NCBI GenBank assembly: GCA_017601145.1
Contig: JAFNIV010000004.1
Span: forward strand, 16,743-80,742
Direction of reading: 5' to 3'
Source: Candidatus Brockarchaeota archaeon
GTDB lineage: Archaea; Thermoproteota; EX4484-205; JAAOZO01
Length of the DNA stretch: 64,000 nt
In this document: positions 1 through 10,314 of the stretch, piece by piece
How the letters are laid out: the number at the start of each line of letters is the position of its first letter
Numbering within the stretch: the stretch's first letter is position 1
The notes under the pieces: model-generated
Told to the model about the DNA's origin: nothing
The model's database searches: none
The model's input: the letters and a program-made list of their open reading frames with translations, nothing else
Translations under genes and position numbers: made by a program

Positions 1-1387
1 CTATAGACCTCAATTCTTTATGAGAATTCACCATACCCATTGCATATGCTTGCATGAGAAGATTACCAACTGAAGTTGCTTCTACAGGCCCAGCAACAAC
101 CTTTACTCCAGTAAAGTCAGCAGTAAGTTGATTCAGCAACCAATTTCTTGAGCCACCTCCAACTATATTAATTTGTTTGATTTTGTTTCCTGTTAATTCT
201 TCTATCTTTTTTATTATGAACTTATACTTAAAAGCTAGGCTCTCAAGGATTATTCTAATTAGTTCACCTTCATTTTTTGGTTTTTCTTGTTTTGATTCTT
301 CTAGGTAACTTAAGATTTCTTCCAACATGTTTTTTGGAGCAAGAAATCTTTGATCGTCTGGATCTATAAACGAAATAAACTTTCTTGACTTACTTGCAAG
401 TTGAGTAAGTTCCTCATATGAAAAGTTTTTTCCATAACTAGCCCAAACTCTTTTACACTCTTGAACCAACCACATTCCTTGAACATTACGAAGAAGTCTA
501 AACTTTCCAAAAACTCCACCTTCGTTAGTGAAGTTGTACTCTAACGAGCTTTTATTTATTATTGGTTTGCTTACTTCTACTCCTACCAAAGACCAAGTTC
601 CGGAGCTTATGTAAACTGAGCTTTCGTCCTCTAATGGGGCGGCAGCAACTGCAGACCCAGTATCGTGGCAAGCTGGAGCTACGACTGAGATTTCACTATT
701 CAAGTTTAATTCATTTACTAAACTTTTAGACATTGTACCAAGAACTGTTCCGGGCTTTACAATTTCTGGCAAGAAATGAGTTGGTATGTTTAACTTTTCC
801 AAAAGCTCATAATCCCAATTGTTTTTAGAAGGATTATAGAATTGAGTAGTAGTGGCATCCGTAAATTCTGAGACCTTAGTATTAGAGAGCCAGTAGTTAA
901 ATAAGTCTGGGATCATTAAGAACTTACTTGCAGCTTTAAGCATAGAAGACTTACTTAAAACCAAGGAATAAAGTTGGTAAAGTGTATTTATCCTAAGAAA
1001 CTGGATACCTGTTCTATAGTATATTTCTTCTCTTTGAACTTTCTTAAAAACCTCTTCAAAAATTCCTTCTGTTCTAGGATCTCTGTAATGGTGGGGGTTA
1101 CTAAGGAGTTCTCCATTGTTATCAAGAAGTACAAAGTCAACACCCCATGCATCAACACCTACTGATCTTAAGTTTTCTCTAAACTTAGAGTTAGCGAGTG
1201 AAATAGCAGACTTAATTTCGTTCCATATTCTTAAAACATCCCAAAAGATATGGCTTTCAATTTTTACAGGAACATTTGGAAACCTATAAATTTCTTCTAT
1301 TTGTATTTTGTTTTCAGTTAAAGTTCCAACAATGGCTCTACCGCTTTCTGCTCCTAAATCAAATGCAAGGAGCTTAGGATTAGTCAT
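1..1387 (-). CDS. FGGY-family carbohydrate kinase, rhamnulokinase-like (C-terminal end runs off the window)
   Basis: Absent from the ORF track because it is open at the window edge. My reverse-strand translation from the ATG (cat at 1385-1387) reads MTNPKLLAFDLGAESGRAIVG...SVGVDAWGVDFVLLDNNGELL...HYRDPRTEG...ACHDTGSAVAA...ISSGTWSLVG...NIVGGGSRN. These are FGGY kinase motifs plus the GxDxWGVDFVLLD block I associate with RhaB. Confidence 0.8.
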   Translation of the reverse strand, partial: MTNPKLLAFDLGAESGRAIVGTLTENKIQIEEIYRFPNVPVKIESHIFWDVLRIWNEIKSAISLANSKFRENLRSVGVDAWGVDFVLLDNNGELLSNPHHYRDPRTEGIFEEVFKKVQREEIYYRTGIQFLRINTLYQLYSLVLSKSSMLKAASKFLMIPDLFNYWLSNTKVSEFTDATTTQFYNPSKNNWDYELLEKLNIPTHFLPEIVKPGTVLGTMSKSLVNELNLNSEISVVAPACHDTGSAVAAAPLEDESSVYISSGTWSLVGVEVSKPIINKSSLEYNFTNEGGVFGKFRLLRNVQGMWLVQECKRVWASYGKNFSYEELTQLASKSRKFISFIDPDDQRFLAPKNMLEEILSYLEESKQEKPKNEGELIRIILESLAFKYKFIIKKIEELTGNKIKQINIVGGGSRNWLLNQLTADFTGVKVVAGPVEATSVGNLLMQAYAMGMVNSHKELRSI

Positions 1388-1493
1388 AAGTTCAATGATA
1401 AAGAAGACAAATTTTAAGTTTTTCTCACAACCAAAAAAGCTTTAGAATCCTTTTAATACCTTGCAAGAAAAATTTGTTAAGGAATACAAAGAC

Positions 1494-2258
1494 CTAGCTA
1501 CGCACGTTCTTGTTTTTAACTTCTTCTAATGGAGAAATAGCGTTACCATTTAAAATAAGTTTATTGATGATAGTGTTTCTTTTTAATAAGTTAATTTCCT
1601 TGTTTAGTTTACATATCGTTTTAACTTCTTCTTTGATGAAACTTATTTCTTCTATACGTTTAGTGTCATACCATTTGATTTCATTTCTCTCTAAAACTTT
1701 AGCAAGCAATGCAACGTTTCTACCTACGTTAAATGCATCAAGCAAAGTGTTATCGTTAGGTTCTTCATTACTTGTGTGGTAGCAAAAACTAAATGGAGGA
1801 ACTGAAAAGCCCATTGAAATAAGAGCTGAAATGATTGATGAAATTGCTTGTACAGCTCCACCATCATTACCTACAGCTATAACACCAGCTATTTTACCTT
1901 CAACTAAGCTTCTTCCGTTTATAAAAATCATGTTTTCAAATACTGTAAGTCTGTCTATGAAATTCTTTACAACACCACTTGGAGCAAACCAATATATTGG
2001 AGTAGCAATTACGATGCCATTCGATGAAAGTACTTCATGATATATCTTTTTCATATCGTCATCAATAACACACGGATACATACAGCTACTTTGGTTATCA
2101 CTCAGACAACCTAAGCATGGATGTATTTCTAACTCATAAAGATTGAAAAGTTTTGTTTCAGCTCCTACACTAGAAGCACCTCTAAGAGCGAAGCTGAGCA
2201 ATGTGTATGTTAGTCCATAGTTTCTAGGAGATCCATTTAAAAACAATACTTTAGTCAT
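1494..2258 (-). CDS. NAD(P)H-dependent FMN reductase / iron-sulfur flavoprotein (Isf-like)
   Basis: Flavodoxin-like N-terminus MTKVLFLNGSPR, compact Cys cluster CLGC-x7-C-x3-C, and an IATPIYWF block. There is a C-terminal extension of about 60 aa. Confidence 0.7.
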   Translation of the reverse strand: MTKVLFLNGSPRNYGLTYTLLSFALRGASSVGAETKLFNLYELEIHPCLGCLSDNQSSCMYPCVIDDDMKKIYHEVLSSNGIVIATPIYWFAPSGVVKNFIDRLTVFENMIFINGRSLVEGKIAGVIAVGNDGGAVQAISSIISALISMGFSVPPFSFCYHTSNEEPNDNTLLDAFNVGRNVALLAKVLERNEIKWYDTKRIEEISFIKEEVKTICKLNKEINLLKRNTIINKLILNGNAISPLEEVKNKNVRS

Positions 2259-2576
2259 TAAATATCACCTCCTAATTTCGAGAAACCATTAAGATATAGG
2301 AGCTTTTAGCTCTTTTGGAATTTTAATTTGAAAACTAACACAAAAAATTACTTAAAAAATACAGAAGCTTTCAAAAAATTGAGAATATAACTTTAATCTA
2401 TAGCAAAAAGTTTTGCTTTTCTAATTTAATTAAGAATAATACTTTGTCTAATAAAATGAACTCTTCAGTAGGATAAGAAGACTATAGCTACTTTAGCTTA
2501 TGCCCATTAAGCTGTAGGTTACTAACATACTTTCATGCTGTTTTACTTATTTTTCTAATAAAAAGTATTTTAGGTT

Positions 2577-3374
2577 CTATATTTTAGTATCTTTATAGGC
2601 TCTTTCATAAAAGTTGCTAATAGTTCTTGGAACATTCTCGTCTTCTTTTACTTTTCTAATAACTTCAGCAAGAAAATTAACTAGCTCGTCTATTACTACT
2701 TTTCCTTTCTCTTTACTAGCGAATCTAGGATCACCTAGGTAAAGCTGAAGAGCATATGCTTGCCAGTCAACTGGTGTTTCAATACCCTTTGGCAAGTTTA
2801 AACTTCCTGTTCTTGCTTCTTGAGTTATATTTTTTGTTTTTACTAAGTCTTCAAATAAGTACAATCCTACGCTAGTCTCTATTTCGCAAGCATGTCCAAT
2901 TGTACGCCCTTCACTTAGTTCTGCAACAGTACGAGCTACATTTGGAGGCCATGGACTAACAAGTGCATATATAAAATAATTCTTTCTTTTTGTTAGACTA
3001 TCTCTTAAGAAAACTCTTATGAGTTCATTGTTTCCTCCATGACCATTAACTATTAAAATCTTTTTAAATCCATTCCTTGAAATTTCGTCACAAACTTCTT
3101 CTAACAATGAGAGCAAAGTTTTTGCCGTTAAAGAAACTGTACCTGGAAAGTGCCTATTTTCGGGTACGTATGCATAGTAAAAAGGAGGCAACACTATTGC
3201 AGGTTCCTTTTCAGCTGCAAGTTCAGCTACTTTGTACACTGTTATTGAATCAGTTCCAACTGGCATATGAGGACCATGGATTTCAATAGAACCAATTGGA
3301 AGTATAGCAACTAATCCTTTGTTAGCAGCATCTTCTATTTCTGGGCTTGTCATCTTCTCCCACAACATTTTCAT
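2577..3374 (-). CDS. creatininase-family amidohydrolase
   Basis: The blocks GSIEIHGPHMPVGTD and IVNGHGGN are typical of the creatininase/ArfB/MftE fold. Confidence 0.75.
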   Translation of the reverse strand: MKMLWEKMTSPEIEDAANKGLVAILPIGSIEIHGPHMPVGTDSITVYKVAELAAEKEPAIVLPPFYYAYVPENRHFPGTVSLTAKTLLSLLEEVCDEISRNGFKKILIVNGHGGNNELIRVFLRDSLTKRKNYFIYALVSPWPPNVARTVAELSEGRTIGHACEIETSVGLYLFEDLVKTKNITQEARTGSLNLPKGIETPVDWQAYALQLYLGDPRFASKEKGKVVIDELVNFLAEVIRKVKEDENVPRTISNFYERAYKDTKI

Positions 3375-3465
3375 TCATTCTTATAATGAAAAGACTGCTT
3401 AAATATCTTTTTTAATTCATTTGTTTAAAAATAACTAACAATGAGAACTGCCCACTAGCTAAAAA

Positions 3466-4725
3466 TTATTTTTTGAGAGATTTCATTAAAAATAAATTTA
3501 TGAGCATAGCAGCTACAACAAGTATAAAAGGATACTTTGGATTAAGGGAATAGAGAAAACCAAGTAACATAGGAGTAAATACATTAGCCACATTTGTTGA
3601 TATTGCAACAATTGAAAGTATGCTTATTCTTGTATAAGAGCCTACTTCGTCTATCTCATTATTCAAGAAAGTTCTTACTACAGAAAAAGATACACTTGAA
3701 TAAAATCCATTAAGAACACTAAATAACAGTGCAGTAACTAAAGAACTTCGAGCAAAGACTACTAGTACAAGGTATGAAACAACAGAAGAAATGTAGCCTA
3801 AAGTTAAAGCTAGTAAGTGTTGTTCCTTGTTTCTAAGATTTGGAACATAAAAAAGCAATAAAAGTAAGGTAACTAGGGAGCTAAACAATGGAATTATTGA
3901 AGCTAAGCTTGCTGTTAAGTTTAATCCTTTTTCATCAATTAAAAATAATGGGAGATAATCTGAAGTTGCTATATAGTAAAAACTTCCAAGCACAGAAGTA
4001 ACTAAAATTATGAGTAGAGGCTTACTATAAAGTATTGTTTGGATAGCTTTTTCATACTCCTTAAAGTTAGAGTGAACTTTATTTTCTCTTTCATTGTTTA
4101 AATGTTCTTTGTCTTCATGCAAAAGAGTCCATCTTAAAATAAACATTGTAACAAGAGAAAATAGCGCAACGGACAGAAGTATTCTATTTCCAAAATCTAT
4201 TCCAAACATACCTATCACCATACCAGCTATAGGAGTAGTTAAGCTTCCTATAGTATACATTAATGAGACAAAACTGTAAACACTTGTTCTAAATTCTGGT
4301 TTTGTATCTTCAACTAAAAGTGTTTCCCACACTGAAGCTGTTGTCCAAACAAATCCTTCGAAAGAAATTGCAATCATTACATGAATAAAACTTTTTGAAA
4401 TAATCCAGTTTATTAAAGCAAGAGTCCATCCAAATGAATCACACAGCATAAACGCTTTCTTTTTTCCAAGCTTATTTGCTAAAATGCTTCCAAAAAATGG
4501 CAAGATTACGTTGTAAAAAGAAAGAGTTGAAAAAACAAGACTAATCTCTATATTGGTAAAGCCTAAGTTTCTTAAAAAAATAGGTCTATAAAAATAAATC
4601 CAGCTCATAGGTAAACTCCAAAATATTTCTGTGAGAGCAAGGACTTTTGAGTTATACCCCCAGTTATCTAAGATTTCCTTAATTTTACCTGTCGTTTTAT
4701 TAAGAACCAATTTGAGACTTAACAA
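3466..4725 (-). CDS. MFS-type transporter
   Basis: 419 aa and hydrophobic throughout, with about 12 helix-length segments and a central hydrophilic loop (HEDKEHLNNERENK). Confidence 0.7.
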   Translation of the reverse strand: MLSLKLVLNKTTGKIKEILDNWGYNSKVLALTEIFWSLPMSWIYFYRPIFLRNLGFTNIEISLVFSTLSFYNVILPFFGSILANKLGKKKAFMLCDSFGWTLALINWIISKSFIHVMIAISFEGFVWTTASVWETLLVEDTKPEFRTSVYSFVSLMYTIGSLTTPIAGMVIGMFGIDFGNRILLSVALFSLVTMFILRWTLLHEDKEHLNNERENKVHSNFKEYEKAIQTILYSKPLLIILVTSVLGSFYYIATSDYLPLFLIDEKGLNLTASLASIIPLFSSLVTLLLLLFYVPNLRNKEQHLLALTLGYISSVVSYLVLVVFARSSLVTALLFSVLNGFYSSVSFSVVRTFLNNEIDEVGSYTRISILSIVAISTNVANVFTPMLLGFLYSLNPKYPFILVVAAMLINLFLMKSLKK

Positions 4726-4911
4726 TCAACTTTTATATTGTTTTAAATCTTTTGTTTTAAGAAATATACATACCTTAAACTTAAAATTATATTCTTGAAT
4801 TCTTATTTCTTTAACAAAATCTTGAATTTTGGAACTTTTCTTTTGTTTAAGCTAGCAGATAACTTAGAATTCACGAAAGGTTTATAACTGTGTCATAAAA
4901 AGGAAGCATGA

Positions 4912-5757
4912 ATGAGCCTATCTCAGGAAACTCAGAAAAAACTTCAGAATCTTATAAATTGGTTTAAGGAAGCAGAAAGTGTCTTAGTAGCATTTTCAGG
5001 AGGTGTTGATAGCTCTGTTGTAGCTGTAGTTGCAAAGAAAGCTATTGGTGATAAAGCAGTAGCAGTTACTGCAGATTCTCCTTTGCTCTCACCTGGTGAA
5101 CTTGAAGAAGCAATAAGTATTGCAAAAAACCAAGGGTTAAGACATATAGTAATAGAAGTTGATGAACTTAAGAATCCAAAATTAGTTAAGAATCCACCAA
5201 ACAGGTGCTACTTTTGTAAAAAAGAACTAATGACTACCCTTAAGAAAGTTGCGAATGACCTTAATCTAAAGATTGTTGCTGATGGAACAAATGCCGATGA
5301 CCTAAAAATGCATAGACCTGGTTTTTTTGCCTTAGTTGAAGAGGGTATAAGGAGTCCTTTGGCTGAGGTTGGTATTGTAAAGAGCGAGGTTAGAGAAATT
5401 GCAAGATACCTAAAACTACCAAATTCAGAAAAGCCTTCAATGGCATGTTTGGCATCAAGGTTCCCATATGGACAAGAAATAACTCATGAAAAAGTCAAAA
5501 GAGTAGCTCAAGCGGAAAAATTCATAAGAGAAAAAGTTAATGTTACTCAGCTTAGAGTTAGGGATCATGGAAATATTGCGAGAATAGAAGTTCTTCCAAA
5601 CGAAATAAAACTTTTTTTCAATGAAGAATTAATTGATAAGATCGTAGAGAAGTTCAAAAGCTTAGGGTACACATATGTAACTTTGGATTTAGAAGGCTAT
5701 AGAACTGGAAGCATGGACGAAGTTGTAGAACATAAAATGATACCAAACAAAAAATAA
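4912..5757 (+). CDS. larE: PP-loop ATP pyrophosphatase, LarE-like sulfur transferase family
   Basis: PP-loop SGGVDSSV plus the Cys blocks CYFCKK and MACLASRF, as in TIGR00268/LarE-type proteins. Confidence 0.7.
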   Translation: MSLSQETQKKLQNLINWFKEAESVLVAFSGGVDSSVVAVVAKKAIGDKAVAVTADSPLLSPGELEEAISIAKNQGLRHIVIEVDELKNPKLVKNPPNRCYFCKKELMTTLKKVANDLNLKIVADGTNADDLKMHRPGFFALVEEGIRSPLAEVGIVKSEVREIARYLKLPNSEKPSMACLASRFPYGQEITHEKVKRVAQAEKFIREKVNVTQLRVRDHGNIARIEVLPNEIKLFFNEELIDKIVEKFKSLGYTYVTLDLEGYRTGSMDEVVEHKMIPNKK

Positions 5758-5827
5758 TTGAATTGATCTTTTAATCTTTAAATACAAAAATTTACCTATG
5801 AGCTGGATTTATTTTTATAGACCTATT

Positions 5828-7024
5828 TTACAAACCTAATGATTCGTTTATTTCTTTTTGATAAACTTCAATATTACCATTTATGACATCTTCTACCTTT
5901 ACTGGCTCTCCAGTAACTGAAGACTCAAAGATAGCAAGAGGAATAGCTTCAGCTTTTAGTCCAAGCTCTCCATCAACTTCAGGTTTCTTATGCTCAATTA
6001 TAGACCGAGCAAAGTCATAAAGTTCTATTGCAATAGTACCGTCAAAATCAAACAAGTTTCTTGTACCAATCCCATTTGGAAATAGTTCATTCACTTTTTC
6101 TGCACCTAATTCTTTTTTCATCATCTGAGCTAGTTCATATAATGATAGTGTGTACTTTCCTAAGTTTTCTTCACCTAATTTTGTTAAACCATTTTCCCAG
6201 CTGATTGAGCCAGAAGTTCCATTGATTATTCTGTGATTAAAGTTTTCTCCTGGAGAAACATTAGACCAAATCCATGCACCAGTAACACCGTTCTTAAACT
6301 TCAATAAAGCAAAGCTTAAATCCTCAACTGTAGACTTAACTTTTTTATTCATTTCAGGCCAATCGTCATATCTAATTGGTTCAAGAGTCTTAGTGATAGC
6401 ATAAACTTCTTCAATTTCACCAAGTATATACAAGAATAGGTCAGCGAAGTGCACCCCGCCGTCAAATATCCAGCCACCACCAGCTTTCATCTTGTCGTTT
6501 CTCCACCCCCATGCAGATAAACTAAAGTTTGTTTGTAACCAGTACAGCATTCTTGGAGTTCCTATCATACCTTTTTCAACAGCCCACTTTATTACTCTAT
6601 CCTCTATACTTCTTCTGTAGTTTTCTGCAGTAGCAAGAATCTTACCATTCTTTCTTGAAGCTTCTATCATTTGCTTTGCGGCTTTAATTGTAATTCCTAG
6701 AGGTTTTTCAACTATTGTATGTTTTCCGGCATTCAGAGCGTCTACCGCAACAATATGGTGTGACCTATGATCGACGCATATGTCTACTGCTTCTAGTTCT
6801 TTTTCCTCTGAAAGCATCCTCTTGTAGTCTGTATAGACTTTTGGTTTAAAAGCCTGAAAAGAAGCTATTTCATTTGCTCTCCTTTTAGCATTCTCTTCTA
6901 CTATGTCAGCGATAGCAACAACATCAATAACATCAAGATTAGCTTCTTTAAGTATTCTTAAACCAGAAACGTGAGAACCTGCTATACCTCCAGCTCCAAT
7001 TATTGCCATCCTTACTTTGGACAT
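5828..7024 (-). CDS. Gfo/Idh/MocA-family NAD(P)-dependent oxidoreductase
   Basis: Rossmann start MAIIGAGGIAGSH and the VEKPL motif. It lies 44 nt downstream of the MetE-like gene on the same strand. Confidence 0.8.
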   Translation of the reverse strand: MSKVRMAIIGAGGIAGSHVSGLRILKEANLDVIDVVAIADIVEENAKRRANEIASFQAFKPKVYTDYKRMLSEEKELEAVDICVDHRSHHIVAVDALNAGKHTIVEKPLGITIKAAKQMIEASRKNGKILATAENYRRSIEDRVIKWAVEKGMIGTPRMLYWLQTNFSLSAWGWRNDKMKAGGGWIFDGGVHFADLFLYILGEIEEVYAITKTLEPIRYDDWPEMNKKVKSTVEDLSFALLKFKNGVTGAWIWSNVSPGENFNHRIINGTSGSISWENGLTKLGEENLGKYTLSLYELAQMMKKELGAEKVNELFPNGIGTRNLFDFDGTIAIELYDFARSIIEHKKPEVDGELGLKAEAIPLAIFESSVTGEPVKVEDVINGNIEVYQKEINESLGL

Positions 7025-7068
7025 TTGTAGTCAGTTGTAGCTTAGTGAATATAAAAACTTTACCTAAC

Positions 7069-7992
7069 TTATAACTTAGTTCTACTTGAAACTTCCTTTA
7101 AGTTCTTAAGAATAGTTGTAGCCAGCTCAATGCTTGTTTTTCTTAAACCACAATCTGGATGTACATAGGCGATCTTATTCGGCCCAACAGTAGAAAAAAC
7201 ATCCTTAATTATATTAATGGAGCTTTCAATAGAAGTTAGATCCTCTTGAGATAGAACATTAACTTTCATACACCCAACTCCGATTGTCTTTGAACTTATA
7301 CTTGACAGGTTCTTTGAGAGCACATCTATATTGCTAGAAGAACCAGCAAACTCTAAGCTAAGAACACTTGTATTTCTTATTTTACCTAAAGCTTTTAGCA
7401 CATTTGAATTTATTCTTCCACAAGCATGAATGCTTGTCATCTTTGGATCTAGACCTTCTGTTGCAATGTTCAAAGGTTCTTCTACTAAGTCTGGACTTAA
7501 GAATCCTGCACTAACTCCTGGCTCATCAATTTGAACTAATCCATCGTAGAATTGAATTTGTCTTGCAATTTTGTTTACAACGACTGCGACGTCATTATAT
7601 AACTCTTTATCTCTTAAACTTTTGTATGGGCCTAAGTTGTTTATTGCAGCAGAAAAACCAAGAGTTACTGGTCCAGTTATACCAACTTTTAACTTATTTT
7701 CGTATCCTTTTTCTTTAACATAACTTTTTGCTTCAAGGAAATCGACTACTTTAAAAGAAGTAGTAATTTCTTTTATAGGCTTAATTTTACCTGTTATGAA
7801 AATTTTTTCATTTGCCTTACTTAAACCATACATAGAATTTGACATATACGAGAGCATGTCGGCTCTTTGTTCTCCATCAGATATTATATCTATGCCTATA
7901 TTAACTTGTAAGTCAACTACTAATCTAATCGATTTTTTCAAGTTTTCATGAAGTCTTGGAAAGCTTCCAATTACGGTTGTAGTTAGAGACAT
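7069..7992 (-). CDS. metE: MetE-core (C-terminal-domain-only) cobalamin-independent methionine synthase family, Zn-dependent thiol methyltransferase
   Basis: Blocks VIGSFPR, SDGEQRADM, VQIDEPG, IHACG (H-x-C), LSLEFAG (E) and VHPDCGLRK (C). All four MetE-type zinc ligand positions appear to be present. Only 307 aa. Confidence 0.8.
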   Translation of the reverse strand: MSLTTTVIGSFPRLHENLKKSIRLVVDLQVNIGIDIISDGEQRADMLSYMSNSMYGLSKANEKIFITGKIKPIKEITTSFKVVDFLEAKSYVKEKGYENKLKVGITGPVTLGFSAAINNLGPYKSLRDKELYNDVAVVVNKIARQIQFYDGLVQIDEPGVSAGFLSPDLVEEPLNIATEGLDPKMTSIHACGRINSNVLKALGKIRNTSVLSLEFAGSSSNIDVLSKNLSSISSKTIGVGCMKVNVLSQEDLTSIESSINIIKDVFSTVGPNKIAYVHPDCGLRKTSIELATTILKNLKEVSSRTKL

Positions 7993-8296
7993 TGGTTTGT
8001 TCCTTTTTCGAATACTTTTAAATTTTTATTTTTAGAGTACCAGTCTAGGAATAAATGTTACATCAATCCTTAAGATAATAGTTCAGAAGCACTACAAAAA
8101 TTAAATACCTAAAAATCTTTATTTTTCTATATTACTCTAAATGCAGTTGGTTGTGTGACGATTACTAAGAGAAATATTAATCGCTTCTATTCTGAAAGTA
8201 CTTCTTGCAATGAAAAATAACGTAAAAATTAGTTTTATCATTAAAAGTGCTAAAGGCTTAAATATTCATCTCGTAAACACAAAGAGATAAATAAAG
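7993..8296. promoter_or_regulatory. divergent promoter region between the metE-like gene and mtaC
   Basis: 304-bp AT-rich spacer between divergent genes. A TATA-like TTAAATAT at 8258-8265 sits about 35 nt upstream of the mtaC ATG, which implies a very short leader. Confidence 0.3.
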
Positions 8297-8959
8297 ATGA
8301 GCAAGGAAAAGTATCTTGAAGCGATTAGAGATAGTATCGTAAACCTAGACTTTGATAAATCAAGAGAATACACTTTAAAGGCTTTAGAAGCAAATGTAAA
8401 ACCTCAAGAAATAATTTCAAAAAGCATAGCTGAAGGTATGGATATTGTGGGAAAGAAGTTTGAGTCAGGGGAATATTTTCTTTCTGAGCTAATTGTAGCT
8501 GGAGAAATAGGAAAAGAAATAACTAGTATTCTTGAACCTCATTTAAAGGGGAGCGAGATTAGTAGGGTTGGAAAGGTTGTTATTGGAACTGTAAGAGGGG
8601 ACTTACATGACATAGGAAAGAACATCGTTGCAATAATGCTTGAAGCTGCAGGATTTGAAGTTATCGACTTAGGAGCAGATGTTCCCCCTGAAAAATTTGT
8701 AGAAGCTGTGAAAAAAGAGAACCCAGATATAGTAGCAATGTCAGCCTTGTTAACGGTAACGATGGTTGAAATGAAGAACGTTATAGATGCGCTAAAGGAA
8801 GCTGGACTAAGAGAAAAAGTAAAAGTTATAATAGGAGGAGCACCAGTAACTGAAGAATTTGCAAGAAGCATAGGAGCAGACGGTTATGGAGCAGACGCAG
8901 TTCAAGGAGTAAGAATCTGCAAAGCATGGATGGAAGAAAAAAGTAAAACAAAAACCTGA
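8297..8959 (+). CDS. mtaC: methanol-type corrinoid protein (cobalamin-binding, MtaC-like)
   Basis: B12-binding signature DxHxxG (GDLHDIGKN), SxL (MSALLT) and GG (IIGGAP). It has an N-terminal helical cap domain and lies 11 nt upstream of the mtaB homolog. Confidence 0.9.
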   Translation: MSKEKYLEAIRDSIVNLDFDKSREYTLKALEANVKPQEIISKSIAEGMDIVGKKFESGEYFLSELIVAGEIGKEITSILEPHLKGSEISRVGKVVIGTVRGDLHDIGKNIVAIMLEAAGFEVIDLGADVPPEKFVEAVKKENPDIVAMSALLTVTMVEMKNVIDALKEAGLREKVKVIIGGAPVTEEFARSIGADGYGADAVQGVRICKAWMEEKSKTKT

Positions 8960-8970
8960 TGGAATGAGTT

Positions 8971-10314
8971 ATGGAGTTTAATAAAACAAGTTTAAGTTTG
9001 GAAGAAATAAAATTTGGATTTTCCAAGTTTCCACTTAAGTATGGCATTAACTTAGAAGTTGGGAATGGTAAAGTAATTCCTGAAATAAAGTACTTTCCAA
9101 GGGTAAAGGAAGACCTTAAGGAAGAGTATATAAACATAACAAAGGAAGTGCTAAATAGAGCAGTTGACCTTGGAATAAAAGATTTACAATTAGAAACAGA
9201 ACTAACTTACGTTGAAACAGGAAATCCAAAACTTGCAGGAGAGATAGTTAGGAGCCAAAGAGATATTATTGAAAAATATGCAAAAGAGTATAACATAAAC
9301 TTAGGACTTAGAGTAACAATAGCAGACATGAGAGATTTCAGAAAAGAAAAACATGATGAAGAAAGTTTTACAAAAATGCTAGAAACCTTTGAAGAAGTTT
9401 CTAAAAATGGAGCAGACGTTTTATCGATTGAATCTGAAGGAGGAAAAGAACTTTTCAACTACTCTATAATAAGACAAGACATTATAGGAATTGTAGTTTC
9501 TCTTGGGTTGTTATCAATACTTGACATGAAAAAATTGTGGAAAGAAATTGTAAAGATAGCAAGAAACAACAAAGTAATAGCAGGGGGAGATAGTGCTTGT
9601 GCTTTTGCAAACACTGCAATGAGACTAGCAGGCGGTATGAAGAACAACACTATACCTCATACTCTTGCAGCCGTAGTTAGAAGTATGTCCGCAAGTAGAA
9701 GCCTGATTGCTTACGAAGAAGGAGCCGTAGGTCCTGGAAAGGATTGCGCATATGAGAATGTAATAATCAAAGCCATAACAGGCTATCCAATGTCAATGGA
9801 AGGAAAAAGCTCAGCAGTAGCGCACTCGAGTCTTGTTGGCAATGTAGCTGCATCAGCCTGTGATCTTTGGTCAAATGAACAAGTTGAAAACATAAGACTT
9901 TTTGGGGGATATGGACCGGAAGTTTTTCTAGAGATCCTCTATTATGATACCAAGCTAATGAACGAAGCAATAAAAAATAAAAATCAAGATTGCTTAAAAA
10001 AAATTCTAGTAGAATCTGATAAGTACTTAGATCCACAAGCTTATGTTCTTTCTCCAGAAGTTGCTTTAGAAATTGGAAAAACAATAGTTAGTGAAAAAGA
10101 CACATTGTTGAGAACAATCTTTGCAGGAATTAAACTAGTGGAACTAATGACGAAAGAAGAAAGACTTAATCTTAACAAGAATGAGACAAGGTTCTTAAAG
10201 GTTATGAAAACTACGTTAGAAGAGATAAGCAAAGAACCTTATAAAAAAGTAGAACAAGCATTACCAACTTATGAGCAAAAAATAAGTGAGTATAGGCTGA
10301 AGGATTACTTCTGA
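8971..10314 (+). CDS. mtaB: methanol:corrinoid methyltransferase MtaB
   Basis: Collinear with methanogen MtaB as I remember it: FGFSKFPLKYG, LSIESEGGKELF, GGDSACAFANTAM, AYEEGAVGPGKDCAYENVIIKAITGYPMSMEGKSSAVAHS, DPQAYVLSPE. The Glu/Cys/Cys blocks that carry the Zn ligands in characterised MtaB are retained. Confidence 0.9.
   Translation: MEFNKTSLSLEEIKFGFSKFPLKYGINLEVGNGKVIPEIKYFPRVKEDLKEEYINITKEVLNRAVDLGIKDLQLETELTYVETGNPKLAGEIVRSQRDIIEKYAKEYNINLGLRVTIADMRDFRKEKHDEESFTKMLETFEEVSKNGADVLSIESEGGKELFNYSIIRQDIIGIVVSLGLLSILDMKKLWKEIVKIARNNKVIAGGDSACAFANTAMRLAGGMKNNTIPHTLAAVVRSMSASRSLIAYEEGAVGPGKDCAYENVIIKAITGYPMSMEGKSSAVAHSSLVGNVAASACDLWSNEQVENIRLFGGYGPEVFLEILYYDTKLMNEAIKNKNQDCLKKILVESDKYLDPQAYVLSPEVALEIGKTIVSEKDTLLRTIFAGIKLVELMTKEERLNLNKNETRFLKVMKTTLEEISKEPYKKVEQALPTYEQKISEYRLKDYF

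Noticed and set aside
8539-10232. A series of antisense ORFs (8539-8871, 8826-9137, 9207-9458, 9459-9650, 9767-10084, 10041-10232) opposite mtaC and mtaB. Similar shadow ORFs lie opposite most large genes, for example 974-1165, 1510-1782, 11706-12092, 43083-43457 and 45677-46024.
   Set aside because: Their translations are low-complexity (S/L/F/I-rich) with no motifs. Each lies entirely inside a gene with strong family-level support on the other strand. This is typical of frame shadows in AT-rich genomes.
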